Assembly: GCA_900290295.1 (NCBI GenBank) | Contig: OMSW01000112.1 | Coordinates: 48,353 to 112,352, forward strand | Direction: 5' to 3' | DNA from: Burkholderiales bacterium | GTDB taxonomy: Bacteria > Pseudomonadota > Gammaproteobacteria > Burkholderiales > Burkholderiaceae_F | Length of the DNA: 64,000 bases | Shown here: one piece after another, positions 21,666 to 32,037 of the stretch | Layout: every line of letters begins with the position of its first letter | Numbering within the stretch: position 1 is the first letter of the stretch | Position numbers and translations under genes: made by a program | Notes under the pieces: model-generated | The model's database searches: none | What the model saw: the letters and a program-made list of their open reading frames with translations, nothing else | What the model was told of the DNA's origin: nothing

Positions 21666-22355
21666 TCAGGTTTTCAGGAGACCCATCTGGCTCGCCTCAT
21701 AGACGGCTTCTCCGCGCGAATGCACTGCCAGTTTGCGATAGATTTTCTTGATGTGCGCTGTGACGGTGTGGGGGGAGATTCCGAGGATTTCGCCGATTTC
21801 GTTGAAGCTCATTCCCTTGGCTAGCAACTGCAGGATTTCGGTCTCGCGCGCCGATAGTGGGTTGTTCTCGGCGTTCGGGGACCGGGCCGGCGCGCTCGCA
21901 CCGCTGGTTCCGGCACCGCCCATTCGGGAGCGGATGGCGCGCAGAACGCTGCGAGCCACGACGGGACTCACGGGCGAACCGCCCGCGCGCAGCAGGCGGA
22001 TGCACGAAATGACGTCGGCCGGCGTCGAGTCCTTGAGGATGTACCCCGTTGCACCGGCCTCGATCGATGAGACGACGTGCTGCTCATCGCCGAACACCGT
22101 AACGACCATGATATCGACGTCGGGCTTGCGCTGGCTGACGCTGCGGATGAGATCGATACCGGTGCCGTCGGGCAGACCCAAGTCGATCAGCATCACATCG
22201 AAGTCCTCGCGATCGATCAGCACCTGCGCTTCGCGCTTGTTCGCCGCGACGCCGGCGAGCCGCATAGTGGGTTCGCCGTCGATGATCTGCGCAAATCGGC
22301 GACGGAACTCGGGTTCGTCTTCGACGATGATGATCGAGATTTGGTCAGCGCTCAT
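21666..22355 (-). CDS. NarL/LuxR family response regulator
   Basis: VEDE, DLGLPD, GATGYILK receiver; LSARETEIL...HIKKIYRKL HTH. Confidence 0.93.
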   Translation of the reverse strand: MSADQISIIIVEDEPEFRRRFAQIIDGEPTMRLAGVAANKREAQVLIDREDFDVMLIDLGLPDGTGIDLIRSVSQRKPDVDIMVVTVFGDEQHVVSSIEAGATGYILKDSTPADVISCIRLLRAGGSPVSPVVARSVLRAIRSRMGGAGTSGASAPARSPNAENNPLSARETEILQLLAKGMSFNEIGEILGISPHTVTAHIKKIYRKLAVHSRGEAVYEASQMGLLKT

Positions 22356-22498
22356 GGTCTTTCAGGCTCGGGCTTGCAGGAAGTTCCTATCATAGCCCGA
22401 TGCCCCGCCGGCGACGAATCTTCGTGCAAGCGCCGCAAGCCTTCGGGTCATCCCTTTGGTGGATGTCGGCCGTCTTTGGGCAGGGCAAACCCCGTTTC

Positions 22499-23140
22499 TC
22501 AGGGCGCAAGCCGGACGCGCTCCCAGTTCGCCCCCCGTAGGGAAAACAGCAGGCGATCGTGCAGTCGCGATGACCGTCCCTGCCAGAATTCCAGGGCCGA
22601 CGGGACCAACCGGTAGCCGCCCCAGTACGCCGGCCGTGGCGGCGCGGACTGCCCGGCAAACCGCTGCTCCATCTCCGTAAAGCGGCGCTCCAGGCTCTCG
22701 CGCCCGGAGATGGGCTGGCTCTGTGGCGACGCCCAGGCCCCGATCCGGGCCGAAAGGGGCCGCTGCGCAAAATACGCGTCCGATTCGGCCGCCGGAACCA
22801 GCTCCACGCGCCCGTCGATGCGTACCTGCCGCTCCAGGTCGGCCCAGTAGAACAGGATGCAGGCGTTGGGATTGTGCGCAAGCTCGCTGCCTTTGCGGCT
22901 GGAATAGTTGGTGAAGAAGACAAAGCCGCTGCGGTCGAATTCCTTGCACAGCACAATTCGCACGCTGGGACGGCCTTGCGCGTCGGTCGTTGCCAGCGAC
23001 ATCGCGTTGGGATCGCGCCCGCCGGAATCGACCGCCTCCTTGTACCAGCGGGAAAAAAGCGCAAACGGGTCGGCCCCGGCATCATCCTCGTTGAGTTCCG
23101 AGCGAAGATATTCGGTGCGAAGATCAGTGGATTTGGTCAT
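22499..23140 (-). CDS. pdxH: Pyridoxamine 5'-phosphate oxidase
   Basis: NAMSLAT, RIVLCK, FFTNY.SRKG, ERQVRI.G, EFWQGR.SRLHDR. Confidence 0.95.
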   Translation of the reverse strand: MTKSTDLRTEYLRSELNEDDAGADPFALFSRWYKEAVDSGGRDPNAMSLATTDAQGRPSVRIVLCKEFDRSGFVFFTNYSSRKGSELAHNPNACILFYWADLERQVRIDGRVELVPAAESDAYFAQRPLSARIGAWASPQSQPISGRESLERRFTEMEQRFAGQSAPPRPAYWGGYRLVPSALEFWQGRSSRLHDRLLFSLRGANWERVRLAP

Positions 23141-23353
23141 GATATGCGGCAACTCCGCGGTCGGTTGACGGTGATATGGGCAATGAACTTGCCGGGTGGG
23201 CGGGAAGGCGGCCTGGATTGCGGGCATTGTACGGTTCGAGCCATGACGGGATTTGCCGGTCGCGGCATGCGGAATGCGTTGCATTTTCTCCGGCATGCGG
23301 TGTGCCCGCGTGCCCGACCAGAGCGCTGCCATCGCCGCGGAAGGGCCGATAAC

Positions 23354-24184
23354 ATGTCCGGCAAGGGATCCGATTTCGATTTGGGCACGACGGCGGGTTC
23401 CGCGGCGCTTGCGCCCCCGGACCTCGAACGCCGCTTCGGCGGCGTCGCTCGCCTATACGGCGAAGCGACGCTCGCGCGCTTTGGCAGCGCGCGCATCGGC
23501 GTCGTCGGTCTCGGCGGCGTAGGCACCTGGGCCGCCGAGGCGCTTGCGCGTTCGGGCGTGGGGAACCTCACCCTCATAGACCTAGACCACATTTCCGAGA
23601 GCAACACGAACCGTCAGATTCATGCGCTGGACCCGGAGTTTGGCAAGGCAAAGGTCCAGGCGATGGCGCAGCGGATCCAGGCGATCCATCCGGGCGCAAA
23701 CGTTCGGGCGCTGGAGGAGTTCGTCACGCAGGACAACGTGGTGCGCCTGCTGTACGGACTGGACTTGGTGATCGATTGCATTGACCAGGTCCGTGCCAAG
23801 GCCGCGCTCATTGCGCATGCGCGAAACATTGGCATCGCGATCGTAACTTGCGGGGGCGCCGGTGGGCGCAAAGACCCGACCCGCATCCGGCGCGACGACT
23901 TGGCGCGCGCCCGGGGCGACCCGCTATTGGCAAAGCTGCGCCATCGCTTGCGGCGCGACTACGGCTTTGCGGGTCCGGGCGGCGGCAAAAAACCTCCGTG
24001 CTTTGGTGTCGACGCCGTCTTTTCCGACGAAGCCCTGGGTCTGCCGGCGCCGGCGTGCGAACCGGCGGGCGCACCCGCGGGCAGCCCGCTGGCTTGTGGT
24101 GGATATGGTTCCGCGGTCACGGTGACGGCCACGATGGGCTTCGCGGCCGCGGCGCGTGCGCTGCAGCGGCTTGAATCCGCTTGA
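23354..24184 (+). CDS. tcdA: tRNA threonylcarbamoyladenosine dehydratase (ThiF family)
   Basis: [39 protein letters not shown]...VTA. Confidence 0.9.
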   Translation: MSGKGSDFDLGTTAGSAALAPPDLERRFGGVARLYGEATLARFGSARIGVVGLGGVGTWAAEALARSGVGNLTLIDLDHISESNTNRQIHALDPEFGKAKVQAMAQRIQAIHPGANVRALEEFVTQDNVVRLLYGLDLVIDCIDQVRAKAALIAHARNIGIAIVTCGGAGGRKDPTRIRRDDLARARGDPLLAKLRHRLRRDYGFAGPGGGKKPPCFGVDAVFSDEALGLPAPACEPAGAPAGSPLACGGYGSAVTVTATMGFAAAARALQRLESA

Positions 24185-24290
24185 CCGCAATCAAGCACGC
24201 CACCCGAAGAAGTTCTAGGATGCATCCATGGCTGTCTGGAGTCGGCGCCCCCTAGCGCGCCGCCAAGGGCATAGCAAATAGGAGTACAAA

Positions 24291-24725
24291 ATGTTCAGCA
24301 AGATTCTGGTTCCTACGGATGGTTCCGAACTGTCCCTGCGCGCGATACAGGGCGCGATCGGGCTTGCGACGAAATTGGGAGCCAGGATCGTGGGCGTGAC
24401 CGTTGTTGAGCCGTACGCCTACGCCAGCTTGTCCGAGTACCGACCCGAAACCATCGCCGAATACGAGCAGCGTGCCGACCACGTGGCTCGCGAGCGTTTG
24501 GCAGCGCTCGAGAATCTGGCGCGTACCGCAGCGGTTCCAGTGGAAACGACGGTGGTCCGATCCTTTTCTCCCTTCGAGGCGATCATCGACACGGCCAAGC
24601 GGCAGGGTTGCGACGTCATTTTCATGGCCTCCCATGGGCGCCGGGGACTGAGCGCGGTGTTGCTGGGGAGCGAAACGCAGAAGGTGTTGACCCATAGCAC
24701 CCTGCCGGTCATGGTGTACCGCTAG
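24291..24725 (+). CDS. Universal stress protein
   Basis: KILVPTDGS, D.I.MASHGRRG...LLGSETQKVL. Confidence 0.93.
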   Translation: MFSKILVPTDGSELSLRAIQGAIGLATKLGARIVGVTVVEPYAYASLSEYRPETIAEYEQRADHVARERLAALENLARTAAVPVETTVVRSFSPFEAIIDTAKRQGCDVIFMASHGRRGLSAVLLGSETQKVLTHSTLPVMVYR

Positions 24726-24907
24726 CGTCGCCGGCCAAGCAGGGATTGTGCGGCGCATCATTACCGGATGACTGGAACAACAGGCGCGCTCGATCATTTG
24801 CACGGATAGCGCCTGAATGCGCGATTGGCGTCTGCGGGTGGCGCGCGCACGCTGTGCGCAAGCGGCTGCCCAGATCACAAGGCAAGTTTCTCCTTGGAGG
24901 AATGAAC

Positions 24908-25351
24908 ATGACAATTGAGGCGCAGATGGTTTCCGATTTCGGCTATTTCGAGGTCGGTTTCGAACCGATGGATGCGATTCACCGCGAATTCCACGACCTG
25001 CTCGCGGCGTTGCACCAGGCCGGCGATGAAGGCGAAAAGCTGCTGGCACTGCATGAGCATCTGCTGCGTCATTGTTCGCAGGAAGAACGCTGGATGCGCG
25101 ATACGAGCTTTCCTGCACGCGCGGCTCATGAGCGCGAACACGAAATGCTGCTCGAGGTCGTCGCCGAGGTGCGCCGGCGTTTCGACGCCGGTGATTCCGA
25201 GGTCGTCACTCGCTTGGCGCAGGAACTGCCGCATTGGTTCGAACTGCACGCCAATTCGATGGACGCCGCGTTGGCGGTCCACTTGCGCAATCTCGATACC
25301 GCGTCCGGCTCGGACGCAACCGGCGCGCCTAGGGAGGCAGCAACCGCCTGA
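24908..25351 (+). CDS. Hemerythrin domain protein
   Basis: MD..H, H...EE..M, H..EH, WF..H...MD di-iron ligand pattern; RBS GGAGG. Confidence 0.88.
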   Translation: MTIEAQMVSDFGYFEVGFEPMDAIHREFHDLLAALHQAGDEGEKLLALHEHLLRHCSQEERWMRDTSFPARAAHEREHEMLLEVVAEVRRRFDAGDSEVVTRLAQELPHWFELHANSMDAALAVHLRNLDTASGSDATGAPREAATA

Positions 25352-25467
25352 ATCGGCCAGGGGGCCGCTTTCGGACCGATGTCCTGTTGGACGGCGGATT
25401 CTCGGCGGCGACGGGTGCCAAATACGGCGGGCCGGCAAACGGCACGCGCCAAGGGCCGGGCCGGCTC

Positions 25468-25839
25468 TCAGTGATTTGCGGCGGGTGGTACTGGATGCGG
25501 CCGCGCGGTCGGCGTTTCGGCGCTCGCGCCACCGCTGGGGCATGCCCGGTCGGAGAACGAGACACGGCCCTGGTCCTCGCATCGAAAGACTCGACCCGGG
25601 TCCATCAGCACCTGGTCTCCTTGCGAGGGTCCTGCGACGGCGGTCGTCGGCGCGGCCGGCGGATGGCGTGTATTCGTGCTAATGGGGCCGGCTCCGCCTT
25701 GCGAAAGACTCGGTGCGATCCAACGGTAGGCGAGCAGGCCCACGCTGCCCACCAGGGCAACGATGACCAGTGCGGTCAACAATCGCAGCGAAAGATCAAA
25801 GCTGCGATCGCCGGTGTTCCCGGTGGCGATTTCAGGCAT
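25468..25839 (-). CDS. Membrane-anchored DUF4124-like protein
   Basis: N-terminal TM helix followed by VFRC...GRVSFSDRAC motif. Confidence 0.65.
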   Translation of the reverse strand: MPEIATGNTGDRSFDLSLRLLTALVIVALVGSVGLLAYRWIAPSLSQGGAGPISTNTRHPPAAPTTAVAGPSQGDQVLMDPGRVFRCEDQGRVSFSDRACPSGGASAETPTARPHPVPPAANH

Positions 25840-25967
25840 TTTGGGCGGCGAAACAAGTAGGGCGGAGAACTCAATTATGGACTAGTTCCGGTCCGGCGCA
25901 GGCCCGGCGCGCACGCCATAATGCCCCCTCGTTTTTAGCGCAGGCGGAATTCGCAAAATTGATAAGC

Positions 25968-27080
25968 ATGGTTCGATCCGCGGTTGGGCGTGGATCCATG
26001 GCCGCCGCTCCGGCGTTGTTCACGCTGCTGTCCCTCGTACTTGTGGTGCTGTCCCCGGCGTGGGTTGTCGGTGCCAGTGCGCGCGAGCGCGCGGAGCCCC
26101 GCGGCGTGTCCCCGCGTGGGCCACTGTTGCCATCGGAGCAGGCGATGGTCGCACTATTCGAGGCCGCTGCCCCGTCCGTTGCCTATATCACGACCGAAGT
26201 CATCCATAACGAAGGCTTCTTCGGTTCGGAGGTGGCACGCGGCGCCGGAAGCGGATTTGTCTGGGACAGCAGCGGGCACATCGTCACCAACAACCATGTC
26301 ATAGCGGGAGCCTCGCGCGTATTCGTCCAGCTAGACGCCGGCGATGCGATCGAGGCGCAGGTCATCGGCGCGTCCTCCGAATACGATCTCGCCGTGGTCC
26401 AGCTGCGGCACACTCCGCGTGACCTGCGGCCGATCGGACTGGGGACTTCCGGCGACCTGAAGATCGGGCAGTCCGTGTACGCGATCGGCAACCCGTTCGG
26501 CCTGCAGCGCACGCTCACCCACGGCATTGTCAGTGCCTTGGATCGCGAGCTGCCGACCGGCTATGAGCGCGAAATCGCCGGCGTGATTCAGACGGATGCG
26601 GCGATCAACCCCGGCAACTCCGGCGGTCCCTTGCTCGACAGCGCCGGTCGGCTGGTTGGCGTCAACACGGCGATTCGCTCCGAATCCGGCAGTTCGGCCG
26701 GAATCGGCTTTGCCATCCCCGTGGACCTCGTCAACCGCGTCGTACCGTCGCTGATCGCGCGCGGTCGGGCGCCACTGCCGGGGATAGGCATCACGCCGGT
26801 ACGCCCCGATCTGGTGGAGCGGGCGGGGATCGCGGGCGTGGTGATCGCGGAAGTGCGCCGCGGAACACCGGCGGCGGAAGCCGGACTCAAGCCGATGAAT
26901 GCCAAGACCGGCAATCTGGGCGACGTGATTGTCGGCGTCAACGGCAAGCGGGTCGAGGCGCTGTCGAACTTTGTTGCCGAACTCGGACGCATCGGCGTTG
27001 ATGGCGTTGCGGAACTGGTGGTCGTGCGCGATGGCAAGGAGCGTAAAGTCCGCGTGAAGATTATCGAAGTGGGCCGTTGA
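25968..27080 (+). CDS. HtrA/DegP-like S1C serine protease with one PDZ domain
   Basis: GSGFVWD, TNNHV, AIGNPFG, QTDAAINPGNSGG; start may be 25968 or 25998. Confidence 0.92.
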   Translation: MVRSAVGRGSMAAAPALFTLLSLVLVVLSPAWVVGASARERAEPRGVSPRGPLLPSEQAMVALFEAAAPSVAYITTEVIHNEGFFGSEVARGAGSGFVWDSSGHIVTNNHVIAGASRVFVQLDAGDAIEAQVIGASSEYDLAVVQLRHTPRDLRPIGLGTSGDLKIGQSVYAIGNPFGLQRTLTHGIVSALDRELPTGYEREIAGVIQTDAAINPGNSGGPLLDSAGRLVGVNTAIRSESGSSAGIGFAIPVDLVNRVVPSLIARGRAPLPGIGITPVRPDLVERAGIAGVVIAEVRRGTPAAEAGLKPMNAKTGNLGDVIVGVNGKRVEALSNFVAELGRIGVDGVAELVVVRDGKERKVRVKIIEVGR

Positions 27081-28922
27081 CTACAACGGTTCGGTTGAGC
27101 GTTGCAACCAAGCGAGCGCTGCTCCCGCCACCAGCGCAGTAAGCCGCGCGCGCACCGTCCGGTGGTAGGCGTCGAGCCAAGCCACTTCGTCCGGGCGCAG
27201 CAGCGTGCTGTCGATACAGCGCCGGTCGATCGGGCACAGCGTCAGGGTTTCGAACTCCAGGAACTCGCCGAATTCGCTGGGCGCGGCGGGAACCGTGGCC
27301 ACCAGGTTCTCGATGCGCACACCCCACCTGCCGGGTCGATAGATTCCCGGCTCGTTCGACGTGATCATTCCCGGTTCCATCGCCGTTTGCGGCTCCGGCA
27401 GCAGGTGCGGGGATATGGCCTGCGGACCTTCGTGCACATTGAGAAAGTAGCCCACGCCGTGCCCCGTTCCATGGCCGTAATCGATGCCGGCGGCCCAGAT
27501 CGGAGCGCGCGCAAGGCTGTCGAGCATCGGTGAGCGGGTACCCCGCGGAAACTTCGCCATCGAGAGCTCGATCATTGCCTTCAGTACTAGGGTGAAATCA
27601 CGGCGTTGTTCGGCCGAGGTACTGCCGATTGCGACGACTCGGGTGATGTCGGTCGTGCCCGTTTCGTACTGCCCCCCGGAATCGATGAGCAGCAGGCCAT
27701 TGCCGCAACCCGTGGCATCGCAGATGATGGCGTGCGATTCTGCCGTGGCGCAGTAATGAGGTGAGGCGCCATTGGCGTTGAACCCTGCGATCGTTCCAAA
27801 ACTCGGGCTGACAAACCCCGGGCGCCGGGCGCGCTCGGCGCTCACCCGCTCGTCGATGGTGAGCTCCGTTACCCTTTCGCGACGATCTAGGGCCTGTTCC
27901 AGCCAGGCAAAGAATTCGCATAGGGCAGCACCATCCTGCGCCATGGCCGAGCGCACGTGCGCGAGCTCGAAATCTGTCTTGCGCGATTTGAGCAAGGTCG
28001 TCGGGTTGATCTGCTCGACGATGCGCACGCCCGCCGCGACGGCATGCACCATGGCATGTGTCACGCGACGCGGATCGACCAGCAGCACATCGCCCGAACC
28101 CAAGGCGCCGAGGGCCGCGGCCGCCTGGCCGTATTCGACAATCTTTACCCCATCGGCGAGCAGGCGTTCGGCCAGCGGCGCGGCGACTTTTCCCGGGGCG
28201 ACGAACAATCGCACGTCGCTAGCACCCACCAACGCGTGCGCTAGGAATACCGGGTTGAAGGGGACGTCCGACCCGCGCAGGTTCAGCAACCAGGCGATGT
28301 CGTCCAGGCTGGAGATCCAGTGCCATTGGGCCCCAGCCGCCGCCATCCGTTCGCGAACCTTGGCGAGCTTGTCGCATCGCTGCAAGGACTCAAGCGCACC
28401 GCTGCGCTCGAACACGGCCGCATCCGGGAGCGAGGGTCGCCCCGGCCAGATTTCCTCCAGCAAATCCAGATCCGGGCGCAGGCGTGCCCCGCGCTTTTCC
28501 AAAGCGGACTCGATTGAGCGTGCCAGCGCCAGGCCCAGGCTGGTTCCATCGACCCCCACGTCCGAGTTGAGCGCAACGTGCTGCGAAAGCCAATCAAACA
28601 GCGCCGTGCCCGCGGCACTGCTCGCCTTGACCGCCTCGATTCCGGTGCCCGCGAGGCGCGACTCCGCCTCCACCCAGTAGCGGCTGTCCACCCATAGGCC
28701 GGCGAAATCGGCAGTGAGCACCAAGGTCCCAGCGGAACCGGAAAACCCGGTCAGCCATCGCCGGGACTGCCAACGCTGGGGAAGGTATTCCGATAGATGC
28801 GGATCGGAGGACAGCGCGATCCAGGTCGACAGTCCGTGCACGCGCATGCGGGCCCGCAGGGCATCTATGCGGGCACGGATCTGGCCAACGGCATCGATCA
28901 AGGCATCCAAATTCGCCGCCAC
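27081..28922 (-). CDS. Aminopeptidase P family (Xaa-Pro aminopeptidase, M24B)
   Basis: DPH.SEY, DSGGQY..GTTDITR, HGTGHGVG..LNVHEGP, SNEPG.Y, GVRIEN. Confidence 0.93.
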   Translation of the reverse strand: MAANLDALIDAVGQIRARIDALRARMRVHGLSTWIALSSDPHLSEYLPQRWQSRRWLTGFSGSAGTLVLTADFAGLWVDSRYWVEAESRLAGTGIEAVKASSAAGTALFDWLSQHVALNSDVGVDGTSLGLALARSIESALEKRGARLRPDLDLLEEIWPGRPSLPDAAVFERSGALESLQRCDKLAKVRERMAAAGAQWHWISSLDDIAWLLNLRGSDVPFNPVFLAHALVGASDVRLFVAPGKVAAPLAERLLADGVKIVEYGQAAAALGALGSGDVLLVDPRRVTHAMVHAVAAGVRIVEQINPTTLLKSRKTDFELAHVRSAMAQDGAALCEFFAWLEQALDRRERVTELTIDERVSAERARRPGFVSPSFGTIAGFNANGASPHYCATAESHAIICDATGCGNGLLLIDSGGQYETGTTDITRVVAIGSTSAEQRRDFTLVLKAMIELSMAKFPRGTRSPMLDSLARAPIWAAGIDYGHGTGHGVGYFLNVHEGPQAISPHLLPEPQTAMEPGMITSNEPGIYRPGRWGVRIENLVATVPAAPSEFGEFLEFETLTLCPIDRRCIDSTLLRPDEVAWLDAYHRTVRARLTALVAGAALAWLQRSTEPL

Positions 28923-28976
28923 TCATGGGGAGGAATTGGCAGAGGATAGCGCCACGACAGCGTTCGCAGCGGCATG

Positions 28977-31022
28977 TCAGCGTCCGCGAGAATCCCGGAG
29001 CGTCGCAATCCGGTTGAACACGGGGTGCTCCGGCCGATGGTCAAACCGGTCGGCCACGAAATAACCATGGCGTTCGAATTGATAACGATCCTCGGCCAGC
29101 GCAGCGTTTAGCGACGGCTCCGCGTAGGCGCGCATTACCTTGCGGCTGTCGTGATCGAGCAGGCTCCGATAGTCGGATGCGCTGGAATCTGGATCGGCAT
29201 GCCGAAACAGCCGTTCAAACAGGCGCACCTCCACGGGGATCGAATCGGCGACCGGCAGCCAGTGGATCGCGCCTTTCACCTTGACGCTGTTGGCGCCGGG
29301 GGTTCCGCTACGCGTCTGTGGCAGCACCTCGGCATGCACGGCGAGCACGTTGCCGGCGGCATCCTTCTCCACCGCGGTGCAGCGGATCACGTAGGCGTAT
29401 CGCAGGCGCACCATTCCACCGGGCGTGAGCCGGAAATAGTCCTGCGGCGGATTCTCCAGAAAATCTTCCCGGTCGATCCAGAGCTCGCGGCGCAGCGGAA
29501 TCGTGCGCAAGCCGTTTTCCGGCAGGTGCGGGTGCACCGGTGCCAGGCAGTCATCCTGGGCTTGGCTGTCGATGTTGGTTAGCACCAGGCGCAGCGGCTC
29601 CAGGACCACCATCGCCCGGGGCACGCGGGCATCGAGATCGTCGCGCACGGCCTGTTCCAGGACAGCGTAGTCGATGCGCGAGTCCGCCTTGCTTACCCCG
29701 ATGCGCTCGGAAAATAGCGCCAGGCTTTGCGAGGTGTAGCCGCGCCGGCGCAGACCTACCAGGGTCGGCATCCGCGGATCATCCCAGCCGTCGACAAGGT
29801 GCTCGTCGACCAGCTGGATCAGTTTGCGCTTGCTCAATACCACGTAGTCCAGATTCAGCCGCGAAAATTCGTATTGCCGCGGAAGATCGAACGGGTCCGG
29901 CCGGTGCTCCTCCAGAGCGTGCGTAAGCAGGGGCGCAAACTGCTGCGCCTCGCGCGCCAGCAGGTCGAAGAACCGATCCATGTCGCGGAGCACGGCGCTG
30001 CCGTCGTGCTCCCAGCGCGAGAAAACGGCGCGCATTTGCGCCTCGGGCTCGCTGGCAAACAATTTATGCGAAAAGTTGTGGCAGTGCAGGGCAAACTCCC
30101 GGGCCGCCTCGACCCCTTGTGAGCGGATCGTGCGCACGAACTCGACGGCTTCGTGCCATTGCGGAGCGCGCAGCACCGGGACGCAGCGCTCGACGCACCA
30201 GTCATACAAGGGCCTGTGATCTTCGAATTCCAGGGTGCAGATGCTGTGTGTGATGCATTCCAGCGCATCCGACAGCGCATGGGTGTAGTCGTACATCGGG
30301 AAAATGCACCACTGGTCGCCGGTTCGATGATGGTGCGCGAACCGGATCCGGTACAGGACCGGATCGCGCAGATTGATGTTGGGCGAGGTCATGTCGATCC
30401 GGGCCCGCAGCACCATGCTGCCTTCCAGATGCTTGCCGGCGCGCATTTCCCGCAGCAGCTGCAGGCTCTCGGCGGGCGGCCGGTTGCGGTTTGGCGAATC
30501 CCGCCCGGGCTCGGTCAGCGTTCCGCGGGCAACGCGGATTTCCTCCGCGCTCAACTGATCGACGTAGGCATGGCCATGCGTAATCAGGAACTCCGCGCAT
30601 TCGTACAACTTCTCGAAATAATCGGAGGCAAAATACAGATTGTCCTGCCTTGCATCGGCCCAATCGAAACCGAGCCAGCGCACGGCGTCGAGGATGGAGT
30701 CGACATACTCCTGCTCTTCGCGCGTCGGATTGGTGTCGTCGAAGCGCATGTGGCAACGGCCGCGGAAGTCGCGTGCCAAGCCGAAATTCAGGAAAATCGA
30801 TTTTGCGTGTCCCAGATGCAGGTAGCCGTTGGGCTCGGGTGGGAAGCGCGTGCGGATCCGTGCGGTATCGACCGGGCCCCGGTGTTGGAAATCGCCGTCA
30901 CCGGGCCGGCCGTTCCAGCGCCGGCGCGCAAAGCGGTCGGCCGCAAGGTCATTGGCAATGATGTTGCGGATGAAGTTGGTCGCGGTCGGCGCGTGATGTT
31001 TTGGAAGGCGATTTTTGTCCAT
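28977..31022 (-). CDS. glnS: Glutamine--tRNA ligase (with large internal insertion)
   Basis: TRFPPEPNGYLHLGH, THSICTLEF, QYEFSRLN, LSKR, GWDDPRMPT, YQFERHGYF; start reassigned to ATG 31022. Confidence 0.95.
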   Translation of the reverse strand: MDKNRLPKHHAPTATNFIRNIIANDLAADRFARRRWNGRPGDGDFQHRGPVDTARIRTRFPPEPNGYLHLGHAKSIFLNFGLARDFRGRCHMRFDDTNPTREEQEYVDSILDAVRWLGFDWADARQDNLYFASDYFEKLYECAEFLITHGHAYVDQLSAEEIRVARGTLTEPGRDSPNRNRPPAESLQLLREMRAGKHLEGSMVLRARIDMTSPNINLRDPVLYRIRFAHHHRTGDQWCIFPMYDYTHALSDALECITHSICTLEFEDHRPLYDWCVERCVPVLRAPQWHEAVEFVRTIRSQGVEAAREFALHCHNFSHKLFASEPEAQMRAVFSRWEHDGSAVLRDMDRFFDLLAREAQQFAPLLTHALEEHRPDPFDLPRQYEFSRLNLDYVVLSKRKLIQLVDEHLVDGWDDPRMPTLVGLRRRGYTSQSLALFSERIGVSKADSRIDYAVLEQAVRDDLDARVPRAMVVLEPLRLVLTNIDSQAQDDCLAPVHPHLPENGLRTIPLRRELWIDREDFLENPPQDYFRLTPGGMVRLRYAYVIRCTAVEKDAAGNVLAVHAEVLPQTRSGTPGANSVKVKGAIHWLPVADSIPVEVRLFERLFRHADPDSSASDYRSLLDHDSRKVMRAYAEPSLNAALAEDRYQFERHGYFVADRFDHRPEHPVFNRIATLRDSRGR

Positions 31023-31134
31023 GGTCGACGCGCATTGTAATGGCGTGGTCACGAACCGCCGCGCCGCGTTGCGGCCCAGCAATTCCCCAGCCCCGGGGCT
31101 GCGGAAGTCGGATGCGGCTGGAAGTCGCGCGGTC

Positions 31135-31839
31135 TCAGGATTCGCGACGAAAAAACTGCCCCCGCGCAGCCAGGTCGACGCCGAGCGCGCAGGCCACGCG
31201 CAGGCGCTCCCGGCGCAAAATAGAGCGCAACAGGGCCGGGATACCGGGTTCGGTGGCGCAAACCAGCGCGCGTTCCCGCAGCGCGATCGGGGGTCCCAGC
31301 TGGCCGGCGCGGCGCGAAAATTCCGCATCTGCGGACCCGTCGGTGGCGCTGAATCCTTCCAGGGCGAGAAAGGCGGAACGGGTAACGAAGATCGCCTGTT
31401 CCTGGGTACAGATCCCGGTCGCACGGGAGCACCAATTGGCCAGAGCGGCAGCCACCTGCAATGGCAGGGACGTACCGTCGCGGGGGTGGCGAAAGGACAC
31501 GTCGAAGCGACCCCATGGGCTGGTGGAGTTGGATAGGGCACGCACAATTGCACGGTCGGCCTGGGCCGGCAGGCGCACGGCCTCCGGCAGAAAGACCAGC
31601 ACATCGGCAATTTCGGCCTCCGGTGACCGGCTGCCGGCGTTCATTTGCAAGGACCAGCCAAGCGGTGCAGCGACAACCCGATCGGCCAGCCTGCTCGCAC
31701 GCACCGTGCTGTCGTCACTGCTGCCGCCGTCGACGACGACGACGCGATGGCCACGCCTACGCAGATCCGTCAGCGCGCGCAGACTCTCTTCAATTGTCTG
31801 CGCCCGGTTGTGGATGGGGATGATGACTGCCAGGCGCAT
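31135..31839 (-). CDS. Family 2 glycosyltransferase, TIGR04283-like, catalytic motifs degenerate
   Basis: VIIP..N, VVDGGSSD, QMNAG, WGRFDV, QAIFV.R..F....GF retained; HAD, GDQ and MED motifs replaced. Confidence 0.75.
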   Translation of the reverse strand: MRLAVIIPIHNRAQTIEESLRALTDLRRRGHRVVVVDGGSSDDSTVRASRLADRVVAAPLGWSLQMNAGSRSPEAEIADVLVFLPEAVRLPAQADRAIVRALSNSTSPWGRFDVSFRHPRDGTSLPLQVAAALANWCSRATGICTQEQAIFVTRSAFLALEGFSATDGSADAEFSRRAGQLGPPIALRERALVCATEPGIPALLRSILRRERLRVACALGVDLAARGQFFRRES

Positions 31840-31851
31840 GATCGTGACGCT

Positions 31852-32037
31852 CTACTGGTCCAGCCGTCGTGCTGCTCGGGAGAGAAATTCAAAATTCCGT
31901 CCAACGATGCTGCACCAATCGCAAAGCCGAAGGTGAATCCGCAGGGTCAGACGGTCGAACCAGTGTAGCCGGACATCGCGTTGCCGGGACAACAGCCAAT
32001 GGGCCTGGCGGCAGTTGATGATCAGCCTCCTAGCCAT
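31852..32037 (-). CDS. zf-HC2 zinc-finger anti-sigma factor
   Basis: C.....LLS...D, HLRLCDWC (HxxxCxxC); overlaps the sigma gene stop. Confidence 0.85.
   Translation of the reverse strand: MARRLIINCRQAHWLLSRQRDVRLHWFDRLTLRIHLRLCDWCSIVGRNFEFLSRAARRLDQ

Noticed and set aside
29883-30197. GlnRS insert as an intein (starts with Cys, contains HN)
   Set aside because: Only 105 aa, HN is internal and followed by Phe, and there is no C-terminal HN-[C/S/T] junction
31023-31610. Apparent 196-aa N-terminal extension of GlnRS (877-aa ORF)
   Set aside because: Overlaps the GT2 gene in another frame and is Pro/Arg/Cys-rich noise; GlnRS homology starts at ATG 31022
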